A DNA stretch of 64,000 nucleotides from Mobula hypostoma (lineage: Eukaryota). Made by a program: the position numbers and the translations under genes. This document shows, in pieces, positions 1-12,959 of this stretch. The stretch covers positions 38,690,001 to 38,754,000 of the forward strand of contig NC_086108.1 of NCBI RefSeq assembly GCF_963921235.1, read 5' to 3'. The notes below the pieces were generated by a model. The model did no database searches and was not told where the DNA came from. It saw only the letters and a program-made list of their open reading frames with translations. Position 1 is the first letter of the stretch. Each line of letters opens with the position of its first letter.

Positions 1-355
1 TATGCATAATCAGAAAGTAGATTTTAATAAATTGAGAATGACATTTCTAAAAATTGCAACTTCACATATAAAATGTTATGATCACAAGTTAATGTAATGA
101 ATGTTTTCATCTTAGTACTAGATTTGAAGACCAAACAGGTTAATTGAAAACATTCTATCCCAATGACCTGCTTAAAAATTTAATAAAACAATGGAAGAGT
201 GAAATGGTATCACACAGAAACATGGGCGTAGCCATGTTCTAGACTAATTCTTCATCATTATAAAAGATAATTAATCTTCAACTACATGTATTGCTTTAAT
301 ACTTGTTATTAAGAAAGCATATCTATGACAGAAGACATACCTGCCAGCATCTTAC

Positions 356-486
356 CTTAAATTCAGCATCTTTGCAGAAAAGACATGGATCATGATCTAT
401 CATTCTGAATTGTTTGGCACAATCAAGAAACCAAACCAGAAGTAGGAATTTCTTCAGTGTGAATTGTGCCAAAACTTCCTGGTGTT
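356..486 (-). CDS. ASPM: ASPM coding exon 9 (131 nt); gene continues beyond left edge
   Basis: Encodes (E)[43 protein letters not shown], recognisable ASPM; AG acceptor 488-487, GT donor 355-354; phase 1->0. Confidence 0.95.
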
Positions 487-671
487 CTAGAAAAGTCAAA
501 TCACAGAAGCTAGAGTATTTAAATTTATTTTCCAATTCACATTAGTAACAGATTCAAAATTTGGATGTCAAAAGTCATCATTAAAACTATTTTCTTCATT
601 AGTTTGAAGAAGTGACGGGCTTGAAATGCATTACTGATTACAAGCTTCATATTTTAGTTGTAAAATACACC

Positions 672-1320
672 TTCTGGTGCTACTTGGACACGTCATCAGC
701 GATGAACCCAGGGTCATAGGGTGTTTCGGTCTTTAATGATCAGACAACCTCGACTGGCTGACCCAGCCGGGAGTGATCAGCCCCCGACTTGTGTCCAAGT
801 GGCGCACTAATCCACGGATCCCCCCTCCGGATCCACAGCCACCGCAAAGCCTTTGCAGCGGCCTCAAGAATGTTCTCGGTGGTTCTTCTGCACTGCAGTC
901 CTTTAACTTCAAGGAGTTTTAGAGTCCACTGTAATGAATGGCCAGCAAAGCCCCAGCACCCAACTTCGAATGGCTCACAGCGAGCTCAGCAGCCATTGCT
1001 TCAGCATACTGCAACAAGATCTGTGTATCTAGCCCTCTTGCGCTCGTTGGCCTCTTCAATCCGGTCTTCCCAGGGGACAGTAAGTTCCAACAGGATCACT
1101 TGCTTTGTAGACTCCGATATTAACACCATGTACGGGCAGAGCGGAGTGGCTGCGAAGTTCTCTGGGAACTTGAGCTGCCTCCTTAGGTCAACTTGGAGCT
1201 GCCAGTCTCATGCAGCGGCAAGAAGCCCTCCCGAGGAACTAGGCCAATGTTGAGCCTTCTCCCCAGCTCTAATAAAGGTTATGGACTGTTTGGGAGCGTG
1301 CAGATTTTTGCTGTCTTGGA
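672..1320 (-). mobile_element. 5'-truncated HERO-like (R2-group, restriction-like endonuclease) non-LTR retrotransposon, C-terminus plus 3' UTR
   Basis: Minus-strand translation with stops: DWQLQVDLRRQLKFP...MVLISESTKQVILLELTVPWEDRIEEANERKRARY...EPFEVGCWGF...LRWLWIRR, typical RLE domain of HERO-type elements. Confidence 0.8.
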
Positions 1321-2252
1321 TCTTGAACAGTTGGGGCAAAAATTCATCCTTGACTACCAGACGTAAGTGGGTACTAGATTACGGACTGCCCACTATATAA
1401 TAAATACTCCAGTAACCAAAGATGAATTTCTACCTCTTGGTGTTATGTATCAAAACATTCTAGATAACTGCATAAACTGTACACAGAGAAAACACATCCT
1501 CAGCTGATATTATTGCAATTATATAATGCAATTTTAAAAAAAAAACAAACAATCCCTTAGCTGGGATTTATAGCACTCAAACTGGGTCTAGAGGTATTAG
1601 CTTATAAAAGAGCGCCATGAAGTACATGTGACTACAATATCCAACACCAAACTATGTTAGCATAGGGTTCAATCAAATAGAATTTCAACAATAATTTCTT
1701 TTATATATTCCTAAAAGTAATGCATGATACAGATTACTGGCATTTTAAATGTAGTTTTTGGAAATCTGGATGGAACAACATTAAACAAAATTGACCAGCT
1801 TTGTATTCCAAAAATAGTGGTGATGAAAAGGATTTCAAATAAGAAATAAAACTTTTCATGATGTTAAAGAGCTTACAACTTTAAAAAAAATCAGAACATG
1901 GAGGTGTAAGGAAATCATACAATTGCTTCAGGAAGTTCTCCAATAAAGACAAATCACAGATAATATTAGCACAGATAATGGAATTTCACCAAGCTTCTTC
2001 ACTAGTCACTAATAGTTGCATAATCGTTATTGTAACTGGAAGTTGCTAGTTAAAATCCTACTGCTTTGAGATTCAAATTTGCTTATAGTAAATCTGTACA
2101 CTTGTGGTCAAAGCATGTCTTCATGTCTAGTCAAAATTTGCATCCATTTCTCTAAATTCTAATGGAGATCCTTTTATTTGTTTTAACTTTGATTTGCATA
2201 TTCAATTCAAAGCTTGGACTACAATCCATATATTGAAAGTAAAATTGCTTAC

Positions 2253-2394
2253 CATCACCATACAAATGTGGTACTGTTGGATGTCTATACACTGCAGCTA
2301 TGTCAGAATTCCAAAGCAAACGATTTAAAATGAATCTGGCCAATCCATTAACATCGCTGTTGCTTTCCAATGGAATCATCTCACCAAAAACACA
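2253..2394 (-). CDS. ASPM: ASPM coding exon 8 (142 nt)
   Basis: [49 protein letters not shown] 2396-2395, GT 2252-2251; phase 0->1. Confidence 0.95.
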
Positions 2395-3293
2395 CTAAAG
2401 TGTAACAAAAGTTGAAAAATTTAAGCTGTGACGAGAATACACATAAAATTAAGATGTTTGCTGGCCTGGGTTAGCATCAGTGACATCAGCAAGTGGTCTG
2501 CCACCTGCCCTCAGGGGAAGGAGAGATAAGGAACAATGGAGCAGCGTCTGGAGATGTGTAATGAAGGGACGTGGGAGAGAGAGCTGTCTGGAGCGGCTCC
2601 CCCCTTTGAACCTTGAACTGTTTGAAGTGATGGACAGGCGATACCCCAGCAGGGGGATAAAAAGGGACCGGTTCGCTAAGGCAGGACACACACGCCACCC
2701 GAGGTAACGAGACCCTGGAAGCGGTACGCCTCTCACGAGTCGGTGGGAAGTACCAGACAACGGCCAGGGTGGAAAGGTACGATCAGCGGGAACCCGGGGT
2801 GTGTCCGCCCTTGCCTGGGTGCCGGGTTCACTGCAGAGGATCGACCGCATCTGGAGGAGGGGTCACAGTCGGTGACCTCAGGTGACATCACCAAGGACCC
2901 ACCCAAAAGCTGCTTGTGAGCCATATCGCCGGTCTGTGAGTGAAGCCGTGTCTGAATGATCAGTTGTTCCTGTTCCCTCTCTCTCTCCCCCCACGTTGTC
3001 CATCGCCATGGTAATGATTACTGCGAACTGAACTACTAAACTGGACTGAACTTTGAGTCACTTTGAAATTTGGTCATTTACCCCTAGACAACGATAGAGC
3101 TTGATTGATGCTGTTATCTTAATTCTGTGCACATGTGTGTTTATCATCGCTGAACTGTTGCATTTACTATCCTTTCGATTACTGTGTTGCTTGTTTCTTT
3201 AATAAAACTTTCTTAGTTCCAGTAATCCAGACTCCAACTGAGTGATCCATTTCTGCTGGTTTGGCAACCCAGTTACGGGGTACGTAACATAAG

Positions 3294-3311
3294 TGGGGGC
3301 TCGTCCGGGAT
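3294..3311 (+). promoter_or_regulatory. Primer-binding site, tRNA-Pro
   Basis: TGGGGGCTCGTCCGGGAT, 4 nt after the LTR end; same as the canonical tRNA-Pro PBS. Confidence 0.9.
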
Positions 3312-3387
3312 TTTGAACGCTAAATTTGAGACGGAGTAAATTAATTGGGTTAAAATTCCCGAAAGAAAGAAAAGACAAACAGCAGAA

Positions 3388-3990
3388 ATGGAGGCTGAGG
3401 AATTTATAAAGGCGCCGACCTTGGAGGCATTAGAGGATGCCAGGAAATCGGAATTGATAGCTGTGGCCAAACGGTTGAATCTTGCTAAGGTGAAGTCGAC
3501 AATGAGGAGAGAGGAGATACACAGAGCTATTGTAGAGCACTATGTATCTAAAGGTGTGTTTCCCCAAGGTGAGCTGGGGGTGGTGTCTATTGAAAAACCT
3601 GCTGGAGACGCGGTACAGGTACAGCTTGAAAAATTGAGACTCGAGCACGAGTTCCGGGTACGGCAGTTAGAACACGAAGAGAAAGAGAGGGACAGACAGT
3701 TGAAGAGAGAGGAGAAACAGAGGGAAAGGGAAGTTGAGCTGGAGAAGTTAAAGATAAGGGCCGAGCAGGGGCTCGTGCCGAACCAAGGTGGAGGGTTCCG
3801 GGCGACCCAGGAGGTTAGGCTAGTTCCCCCATTTGACAATACCGACGTGGATCGGTACTTTCTCCGCTTCGAAAAAGTGGCTATAAGTCAGGACTGACCG
3901 AGGGATAAGTGGGTTGTCTTACTTCAGAGTGTACTGAAAGGGAAAGCCCAACAAGCTTACTCAGCTTTGTCCGCGGAAGATGCCCAGAGG
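3388..3990 (+). pseudogene. Truncated Gypsy gag (coiled coil plus capsid N-terminal region), stop at 3895-3897
   Basis: ORF 3388-3897 with VRLVPPF..DVDRYFLRFEKVA; continues past the stop as KWVVLLQSVLKGKAQQAYSAL. Confidence 0.8.
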
Positions 3991-4133
3991 TACGTAACAA
4001 AGCAAATACATTAAAATTCTCTACAAACTAACAGAATTGACTATATTACTGTTAGTTTTGCTTACTATATCAAACATTATATTTAAAGAAACAACATAAC
4101 TTTTTTTTTTAGTTGCAGCAAATAAAACCCTAC

Positions 4134-4201
4134 CTCTAATCCAATTCGTAGCCATAGAGGATTATACGACAAAAGCCATTTGAGGATCTTCTGTCGATGT
4201 C
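4134..4201 (-). CDS. ASPM: ASPM coding exon 7 (68 nt)
   Basis: (G)[24 protein letters not shown] 4203-4202, GT 4133-4132; phase 1->0. Confidence 0.95.
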
Positions 4202-5639
4202 CTATTGTGGATAAAAAGAAATTAACAGAACAGCAAATACCCATTCTTCATGTATTCAATACTAAAAATGCAAAGCAGAACTCAGTAGTGACCATGGTGA
4301 ATTTGGTTTGCTACGGCCCTCAGTAAAAAAAATTATGCTCAATGCAAATCGAATATTCAGTTCAGAATAATTGAAATCTAATTAAATCCAAATAGTGGGG
4401 AACTCATGGTGATAAAAGTGCTATCTTTTGTAAACATGCTCAGCCTGTGAAAAAGAATCTGATTTCCATTCAACATTACTAGTGATAAACAAGTGATCTA
4501 CCAACATCAGGTATAATACCCTACTCCGTTTCTATAAATATTGAATAGATTGAGGCATTCTGGAAATTCACGTCTGTCCTTTCAAGTCACACATCGCTGA
4601 GAAACTGAAAATGTCTGGCTTCAGTAAACATCGGAAAAATATTTCAGAATTGTCCGACACTTTGCAAGAGGGACAAGGAGAGAAAATATACCCAAGTACT
4701 TTTGACTGTGAGCAAAAGTTAGAGAACCAGCAAAACGTTAACTAAATGTTTTACAACAGGATCTGCTAAGTTCTTCAATATGGTGTAAATTATGATGAGT
4801 ACCAGATTTTAAATCATTGCATGTGGTAAATCACTTTAAGTGTACTGACACACAGATGTAGATGGAAACTTTCTGAATAAACTATTTGCTTGAAAAGCTT
4901 CTTGTTAATCAAAGCTTCAAAAATCATTTATATCAGTGTACAAAAGGGCATAGAATTTTAACCAAGTGAGTAGTTTCAAAATGAAAGATTTGATTTTTCA
5001 TCTGATTTCATGTGTTCCTCCCACTGTGTATAAATTATACAAGCAGCATTGAATCAGCACTGTAGTGAGGGTCTATGTTTTATGATCGGGCTCAAGCAGT
5101 AATATGTTGGAACTATAGCAAAGGAGGCCGCCATAGGCCCATTAAATGCCAGCTGACAGTAGAGCAACCTGGCCAATTCCCAACTACTTCCACATTGCTC
5201 TGCTACTTGTAGTCCATGTGCTTATTCAAATCCATCTTGAAAGCCTTAAATTCTGTCAATTTATAAATTACCAAGGCGATGCGTGGAAGGGTTAACAGAA
5301 GAATTCAGTGAGGCTGAACAACAGAAAAGCCTAAAACCCAAGTGCCAAAAGGTCAGACCTCAGGCTCTCCAGCAGAAGGCCTCAAAAGATACACTGGAGA
5401 GGTCACATCTGGGTAGGACCGGCCCCAATGTCTCACAAGGGTAAGGGTGCTGCTTGTTTTTAATCAGGGAGAGTTTAGAAACTCTCCAAGATAAAAGCAA
5501 ACTTCAGAAGGAGAAAAATTTTAAGTCAGCAGAGAAAGAAGCAAATTAGAAGAAATAGAATAAAAACAGAGGAAAACAATATAAAGGCAAGTATGAACAC
5601 TGGCACGTAAAGGCGTGACATGGATCTGAACGAGTGCAA

Positions 5640-8110
5640 CTAAAAAACACCAAAGACAGTAAATGTTAGTTGGTTACCTATAGGATCCCAAATAGAGATG
5701 TTGAGGTAGGGAATTGAATTAAACAGATAAATGGAGGTGCATACAATAAGCGTACAATTACAAACATAGGAAAATTCAAACTGAATTTGGAAGGTTGCAT
5801 GTAATTTTTTTTTGAAACATATGTTTAGGGATGAATCAGAAAGTAAGCTATTCCTTACTATGCCTTGTGCAATGAGAAAAGAAAAATTAATTTTATTGTG
5901 TGTTTGTGCATTTAGGGAAGTGTGACAATAATATGACAGAAACCTTCAGTAACACGAGAATGTGAGCTGGTAGAAATTAGGGTCCCAAATCTGAATTTAG
6001 GAAACAAGGTTGCAAAGTGGCATAAACTATGATAAACATGGTATATAACTAAATGGATTAACAGTGATTAGGAATGAATCAAGATGATTTAGTTGTGGCT
6101 TATGAAGGAAATTAGGTATAGTATTTTAACTGAAAAGCAGAAATACAACATTACCAAAACAAAAGCAGCATGCCTGAGGATTGGGAACAGTTCAGAACTC
6201 AGAGACCAAAGAAGAAAGATGATGCAAGAATGAAGCTTACTGGGAAGATAAATGAAGACTGCAAAAGCTTCCTTAAACATGTGGAAAAAAAAGTCCATGA
6301 ACAAAACTGTAGGTTCAAAAGTCAGAAATGGGACAAGTTACTATTGGGAACAAAGAAAGCACACGTGACCATAAAAGAGGGCACAAATAACCTCACAGAT
6401 ATGCTCAAGGATCAAGGGTTAAGTGAAGGAAATCATATATATCCAAGTATTGCAATGGAAACTAATGGACTTAAGGTTAACAAATCCGCAAGCCCTGACA
6501 AACTACAACCTAGAGAACTAAAGAAAGTGGCCGTAGAAATAGTAAATGCATTTGTGGTCATCTTGCACAGTGTACTGAGATACTGGAACTATAGTTACAG
6601 AGGGGGGGGAATGACAATTATTATCCCAGTATTTTAAAAAAAGGAGAGGAAAAAAGGAGAGGCAAAAAGGAATTACAGACTAGCATCCAGTCTCAGGAGG
6701 GTGAAAGGTGCTGGAATCTATTGTAAGAGAAATGCATTAACAAAACAATTGTATCAAATCAATAGGACTGAACAAAACCAGCATCAGCTTTTGAAAGGGA
6801 AACCATGCAAATCCACTGCAGTTTGAGGATATAATTAATAGAAAGGGAGAATTACTAGATGTGGTGCATTCTGATTTTCTGAAAGTCTTTTCTTAAATCT
6901 GTATAAAAGCAGAGCTTGCAAAATTAAATCAAATGAAACAGAGGATAGTAAACCAGCATGAATTGAGAATTGACTGAAGACAGGAAACAATAGGAATAAA
7001 TGGGTCTTTCTCAGGGGGCGGAGAGTAACAGTTCAGCTGAAAGACCTTAACTCAAAGCTTTCATTCTCCAAAGATACTGCCTGTCTTACTGAGTTTCTCC
7101 AGCATGTTGTGTGTTGCTCCAGAGGGCAGCCTTGGTGGCCTCTTGGGTCTGTAAGAGCTAGTGAGGAACTACAGATGTACTGTAAGTGCTCAAATGTCAA
7201 TTGCTTACAATATATAGTGGTAATTTAAGTGCAGTGACTGAACACATCTCTACATTTGCAGATGAACAAAGCCGGGATAAGAAAAGTAAGCTGGGGAAGA
7301 AAACTTTCCGTGATTCTAGCCTTTCTTGTCGTGCTAACAATTTTTATACCCTTATAATCTTCTAAACAGTATAATTCTGTCCTTGGAGCAAAAATGTTCC
7401 AGCACGATTTAGAAAAGTTGATTGCGTGGGAAAATGCTAGGCCATTGCAATTGAAACTTTACTTTAAAAACAAAGATTTCTTAAGTGGTGACAGATTAGG
7501 AAAAGATCAATTGCAATGAGACCCAGCTGTCGTTAACACTAGTTGTTAAAATCAACAGTTAGCAAGCAATTAGAAAGGCAAATGGAATTACTGGGCAATA
7601 CTACAAGACAATCTGAGTACCAGGAACAATAATGTCTTGCAGCAGTTGCACAGGGCTTAAATGAGGGCACAAGGATGTTTTTGCCATGGTACAAAAAAGA
7701 TTTACCAGATTGATTACTGAGATGGAAGGACTGATACAGTTGGAAAAAAAAATCATAGGGTATCTCATAGATTATATAACTTTTTTAACAAGATTAGAAA
7801 AGTTAATTCTCAGAGGATTTTCCCCATGGCTAAATATTCCAAAACCAAGGGTCCCTGCTTCAGGATATGGAGAACACTATTTACAGCAGAGAAAATTTTT
7901 ATCTCTACATTGAGAGGATGGTGATTCTGTGCAATTCCTTTTCATCGAAAGCTGTAAGAGAAAATAAATAAACATATTCGGTATGTAAAAGGAATTAAGT
8001 GATAAAGGGAAAAGCTAAGAAAATGGTACTGATCATTCATGCAATCAATGGTAGAGCAGACACAAAAAGAGCCAAACAATCCTACTTTTATTTTCCATTT
8101 TTCTATGTAA
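5640..8110 (+). mobile_element. Old, heavily degenerate CR1 LINE ORF2 remnant
   Basis: Fragments EDWEQFR, LKVNKSASPDKLQPRELKKVAVEIV, VQKRFTRLI parallel the young CR1 copies; boundaries approximate. Confidence 0.7.
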
Positions 8111-8378
8111 AATAAATAGATATTTTCCGTAGTAAGGGAATCACAAAGTTAGTGCAAGTGGGAGAGGTAATGGTTTGGCTCGGATCTTATCAAATAATAG
8201 ATCAAGCACCAAGGTATGAACGGCTTCCTACTTCTATTTAACCTCCTGCCAATATATTGTTTGTGAACGTAATTCTATATTAATTCAAATAAAGGATTGT
8301 TTTTGTAAAAAATAAACTGCAGAGCATAACAACAGCTATTTGCTGCATTGAATAAGAATTAGATGTTTGCAAGGTTAC

Positions 8379-8627
8379 CAAAGTCTTTCCAGAGACATCG
8401 GTCTTTCCGTACAAGGAGATGTTTTGCTTCAATGGCTGCTTCCAGTTTCTGTATAACTTTGACCATCCTTTCAGATGTAAATAACCTGCAGGCTGCACGG
8501 CGGAGGCGATTGAGTCTACATTTTGCAGTATACGCTCTCAATGACATTTCTTCTTTAGTTGGTGCAGAAGGAACACTAATTTTGTGATGCTGAATCTCAG
8601 AACCAATGAACAATGTAGCAGTATTCA
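8379..8627 (-). CDS. ASPM: ASPM coding exon 6 (249 nt)
   Basis: VNTATLF...[29 protein letters not shown]...LWKDF; AG 8629-8628, GT 8378-8377; phase 1->1. Confidence 0.96.
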
Positions 8628-8881
8628 CTGGAAAGTAGAGCCAAATATTTAGAAGTTAACAGCATGATATGTAAAAGTACAGCAATTTCCTCCCACACTA
8701 TTGTATGCGCTAGTACATTCTATTACTTGCGTTTAATTAATTGATTTTTCAAAACTGATTCAAATCTGAAAATGTCAAGACTGAATGAATTACATGGCAA
8801 TGTCAGTGAGAAAATGTAGCAACTCCAAAATAATATGAGAGAACATACTAAAGATAGTATACAGTAAATGTCGTAACACAC

Positions 8882-9028
8882 CTCTAGAGGACTCTGTGTT
8901 CACTGTAAAGTCATCAGGAGTAAGAATAAAATTTAACCACCATGTGAATCCTCTTTCCTGCTTCTCCTTCCATCGTTCATCATAAAACATATTTTTTGCA
9001 GCAAATGGTAATGGGTGTCTTGGAATAA
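8882..9028 (-). CDS. ASPM: ASPM coding exon 5 (147 nt)
   Basis: [43 protein letters not shown] 9030-9029, GT 8881-8880. Confidence 0.96.
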
Positions 9029-9117
9029 CTGAAAAATACAGATAACCATATTAAACGCTTCCCAAGGAAATTCAAATCAAAATGTTTATGCAATCAATAG
9101 CTTTCAATTTACAACAT

Positions 9118-11594
9118 ATGCAGGTAGACTGGAGGAATCAGGTTGGTGCTGGACCCCAAGAAAGGGTGTTTGTGGAGTCCCTCCAAGATGGATTCTTAGA
9201 ACAGCTTGTACTGGTGCCTACCAGAGAGAACGCAATTCTAGATTTAGTGTTGTGCAATGAACCAGATTTGATCAGGGACCTCGAGGTAAAGGAGCCATTA
9301 GGAGATAGTGACCATAATATGATAAGTTTTAATCTACAATTTGAGAGGGAGAAGGGAAACTCGGAAGTGTCAGTATTACAATTGAACAAAGGGAACTATG
9401 GTGCTATGAGGGAGGAGCTGGCCAAAGTTCAATGGAACAATACCCTAGCAGGGATGACAGTGGAACAACACTGGCAAGTGTTTCTGGGAATAATGCAGAA
9501 GGTGCAGGATCAGTTCATTCCAAAGAGGAAGAAAGATCCTAAGGGGAGCAAGGGGAGTCCGTGGCTGACAAGGGAAGTAATGGACAGTATAAAAATAAAA
9601 GAGAAGAAGTATAACATAGTAAAGATGAGTGGGAAGCCGGAGGATTGGGAAACTTTTAAAGAGCAACAGAAGGTAACTAAAAAGGCAATACGTGGAGAAA
9701 AAATGTGGTACGAAGGTAAACTAGCCAAGAATATAAAGGAGGATCGTAAAAGCTTCTTTAGGTATGTGAAAAGGAAAAAAATAGTTAAGACCAAAATTGG
9801 GCCCTTGAAGACAGAAGCGGATGAATTTATTATGGGGAACGAGGAAATGGCAGACGAGTTGAACAGGTACTTTGGATCTGTCTTCACTAGGGAAGACATA
9901 AACAATCTCCCAGATGTAATAGTGGCCAAAAGACCTAGGGTAATGGACGAATTGAAGGAAATTTATATTAGGCAGGAAATAGTGTTGGATAGGCTGTTGG
10001 GTCTGAAGGCTGATAAGTCCCTGGGACCTGATGGTCTGCATCTCAGGGTACTTAAGGAGGTGGCTTTAGAAATCGTGGATGCATTGGTAATCATTTTCCA
10101 ATGTTCTGTAGATTCCGGATCAGTTCCTGTGGATTGGAGGGTGGCTAATGTTGTCTCTCTCTTCAAGAAGGGAGGAAGAGAGAAAACAGGGAATTACAGA
10201 CCGGTTAGCCTGACGTTGGTGGTGGGAAAGATGCTGGAGTCAATTATAAAAGATGAAATTACGACACATCTGGATAGTAGTAACAGGATTGGTCCGAGTC
10301 AGCATGGATTTACGAAGGGGAAATCATGCTTGACTAACCTTCTGGAATTTTCTGAGGATGTAACTATGAAAATGGACAAGGGAGAGCCAGTAGATGTAGT
10401 GTACCTGGACTTTCAGAAAACCTTTGATAACGTCCCACATAGGAGATTAGTGGGCAAAATTAGGGCACATGGTATTGGGGGCAGAGTACTGACATGGATC
10501 GAAAATTGGCTGGCTGACAGAAAACAAAGAGTAGCGATTAACAGGTCCCTTTCGGAATGGCAGGCGGTGACCAGTGGGGTACCGCTGGGTTCAGTGCTCG
10601 GACCACAGCTATTTACAATATATATTAATGATTTAGATGACGGAATTAAAAGTAACATTAGCAAATTTGCCGATGACACAAAGCTGGAGGCAGTGTGAAA
10701 TGTGAGGAGGATGTTATGAGAATGCAGGGTGACTTGGACAGGCTGGGTGAGTGGGCAGATGCAAGGCAGATGCAGTTTAATGTGGATAAATGTGAGGTTA
10801 TCCACTTTGGTGGTAAGAATGGGAAGGCAGATTATTATCTAAATGGAGTCAAGTTAGGAAAAGGGGAAGCACAACGAGATCTAGGTGTTCTTGTACATTA
10901 GTCACTGAAAGCAAGCATGCAAGTACAGCAGGCAGTGAAAAAAGCTAATGGCATGCTGGCCTTCATAACAGGGGGAATTAAGTACAAGAGCAAAGAGGTC
11001 CTTCTGCAGCTGTACAGGGCCCTGGTGAGACCACACCTGGAGTACTGTGTGCAGTTTTGGTCTCCAAATTTGAGGAAGGATATTCTTGCTATTGAGGGAA
11101 TGCAGCGTAGGTTCACAAGGTTAATTCCCGGGATGGCGGGACTGTCATATGTCGAAAGATTGGAGCGACTGGGCTTGTATACTCTGGAATTTAGAAGGCT
11201 GAGAGGGGATCTTATTGAAACATATAAGATTATTAAGGGATTGGACACGCCGCAGGCAGGAAGCATGTTCCCGCTGATGGGTGAGTCCAGAACCAGATGC
11301 CACAGTTTAAGAATCAGGGATAGGCCATTTAGAATGGAGTTAAGGAAAAACTTTTTCACCCAGAGAGTGGTGGATATATGGAATGCTCTGCCCCAGAAGG
11401 CTGTGGAGGCCAAGTCTCTGGATGCTTTCAAGAAAGTGATGGATAGAGCTCTTAAAGATAGCGGAATCAAAGGTTATGGGGATAAGGCAGGAACTGGATA
11501 CTGATAATGGATGATCAGCCATGATCACAGTGAATGGCGGTGCTGGCTTGAAGGGCCGAATGGCCTACTCCTGCACCTATTGTCTATTGTCTAT
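9118..11594 (+). mobile_element. Young 5'-truncated CR1 LINE (end of endonuclease, RT, 3' UTR)
   Basis: ORFs 9082-10698 and 10917-11504 with YLDFQK, SGVPLGSVLGP, KFADD; (CTATTGT)n tail; frameshift near 10690. Confidence 0.93.
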
Positions 11595-12593
11595 ATGCTT
11601 TAATGCAATATAGTTCAATAAATTGGCCATTAATCACACATCTCAAAGGCATCCCCATGTGGCCAACTAAAGATCTAATCAATAAAAGTGAATTTAGAGT
11701 GACTTTCATATTAATGCATATTACATACATTTGTAATTTAACCTTTTGCATACATTTGCTGATGATATTAGAGCTAACCCTGAGTGTGGCTTCTGATGAT
11801 TTGAATGTTTTGCTTCAACGGGAGTTGTCACTGATGCATTGAAGAAAATATACATGAAGCTCATCTATTCTAATGGAATCATGACATGTAGCAATACAGG
11901 GCCAAACTTGTGAATGTTCAAAAATGTTTTATACTGTAGTTCAGTTAGTAAAGAATATATCCTTCATTTGCTCTGCTTATTGGTGCCACTTTCAAAATTT
12001 TTACTGCATGGCACTAGTGACAGGTGCTCTAAATTAATGTTCCCAGCTTTTAAAAGCAAGCAGCAGACAATTTTCATAGACTCACTAAAACAAAAAATAA
12101 ACTTTGGCTTATCTCCAAATTTTATCAATTGATTTTCTTAAGTTATATTTTTCCATCAACTTTAATATTCCGGGCTCTAATGCCGATAGAAAGCCACTAA
12201 TATGGCCCAAGCTCCAGTGACTTGACAGCTTCAAAGCCAATACTTCACATACAGTACAAACCTACTTGTCAATGCAAGCATATATCCATTTGAACCAAAT
12301 ACTTTCACCACACCAGCCTTTGCAGCAGATCAAAATCAAATTTTCCTCACAATACTTGAAATTCAACATTTCTAAAACTAAACTAATCCTAAGTACAACA
12401 ACCTTAAAAAAGTTAAAAGCTTTTGCATTATTACTTTATAAGAGTAAATTTCAAAAGAATTTAACAACTTTCAAGATAAAACATTTCCCCTGTCAACAAT
12501 CAGAATGCAATAAAGTTTGTGTTCAATTTAAAACCTTATGCAAAATATGGAATAAACAGTTCTGCATATTGCAAGCTTGAACATTTCACTCAC

Positions 12594-12692
12594 CAGTCTT
12601 TAACAATTTTCTAAAAGTTAACTGTGACTGTGCAACTCCAGGCATAAGTTTACCATTGTTCACTCGGACAGAGGAAAACTTGACTTGAGAAA
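12594..12692 (-). CDS. ASPM: ASPM coding exon 4 (99 nt)
   Basis: VSQVKFSSVRVNNGKLMPGVAQSQLTFRKLLKT; AG 12694-12693, GTGAG donor 12593-12589; phase 1->1. Confidence 0.88.
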
Positions 12693-12959
12693 CTGTAGAA
12701 TTCACATAAAAAGATCATATTACTATATAGCCTATTACAATGTGAATTAACCAATAGTGATGGGACAGGTAGATCCATTTCGATATATGGATTTTACTAT
12801 GGAAGCTATCAGAAAGTTAATTTAATGCAGCGTGTGTTACATAATTATATCACCAAATCAGCGTCGTAAATGAATTCAACACTGTCTAATTGGGCTTAAC
12901 TAATAAGTAGCTTGATGTTGTTGAGAATAATATGCTGGATACGGAAGCCCATGAGATCG

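Larger units (their letters stand above)
2427..3999 (+). mobile_element. Internally deleted Gypsy-type LTR retrotransposon: 863-bp 5' LTR (2427-3289), PBS, gag 5' part, last ~11 nt of 3' LTR
   Basis: Termini TGTGACG...CGTAACA; 4-bp TSD AAGC (2423-2426, 4000-4003); LTR end GGTACGTAACA occurs at 3279-3289 and again at 3989-3999. Confidence 0.9.

Noticed and set aside
789..1253. 154-aa plus-strand ORF
   Set aside because: Antisense shadow of the HERO endonuclease domain
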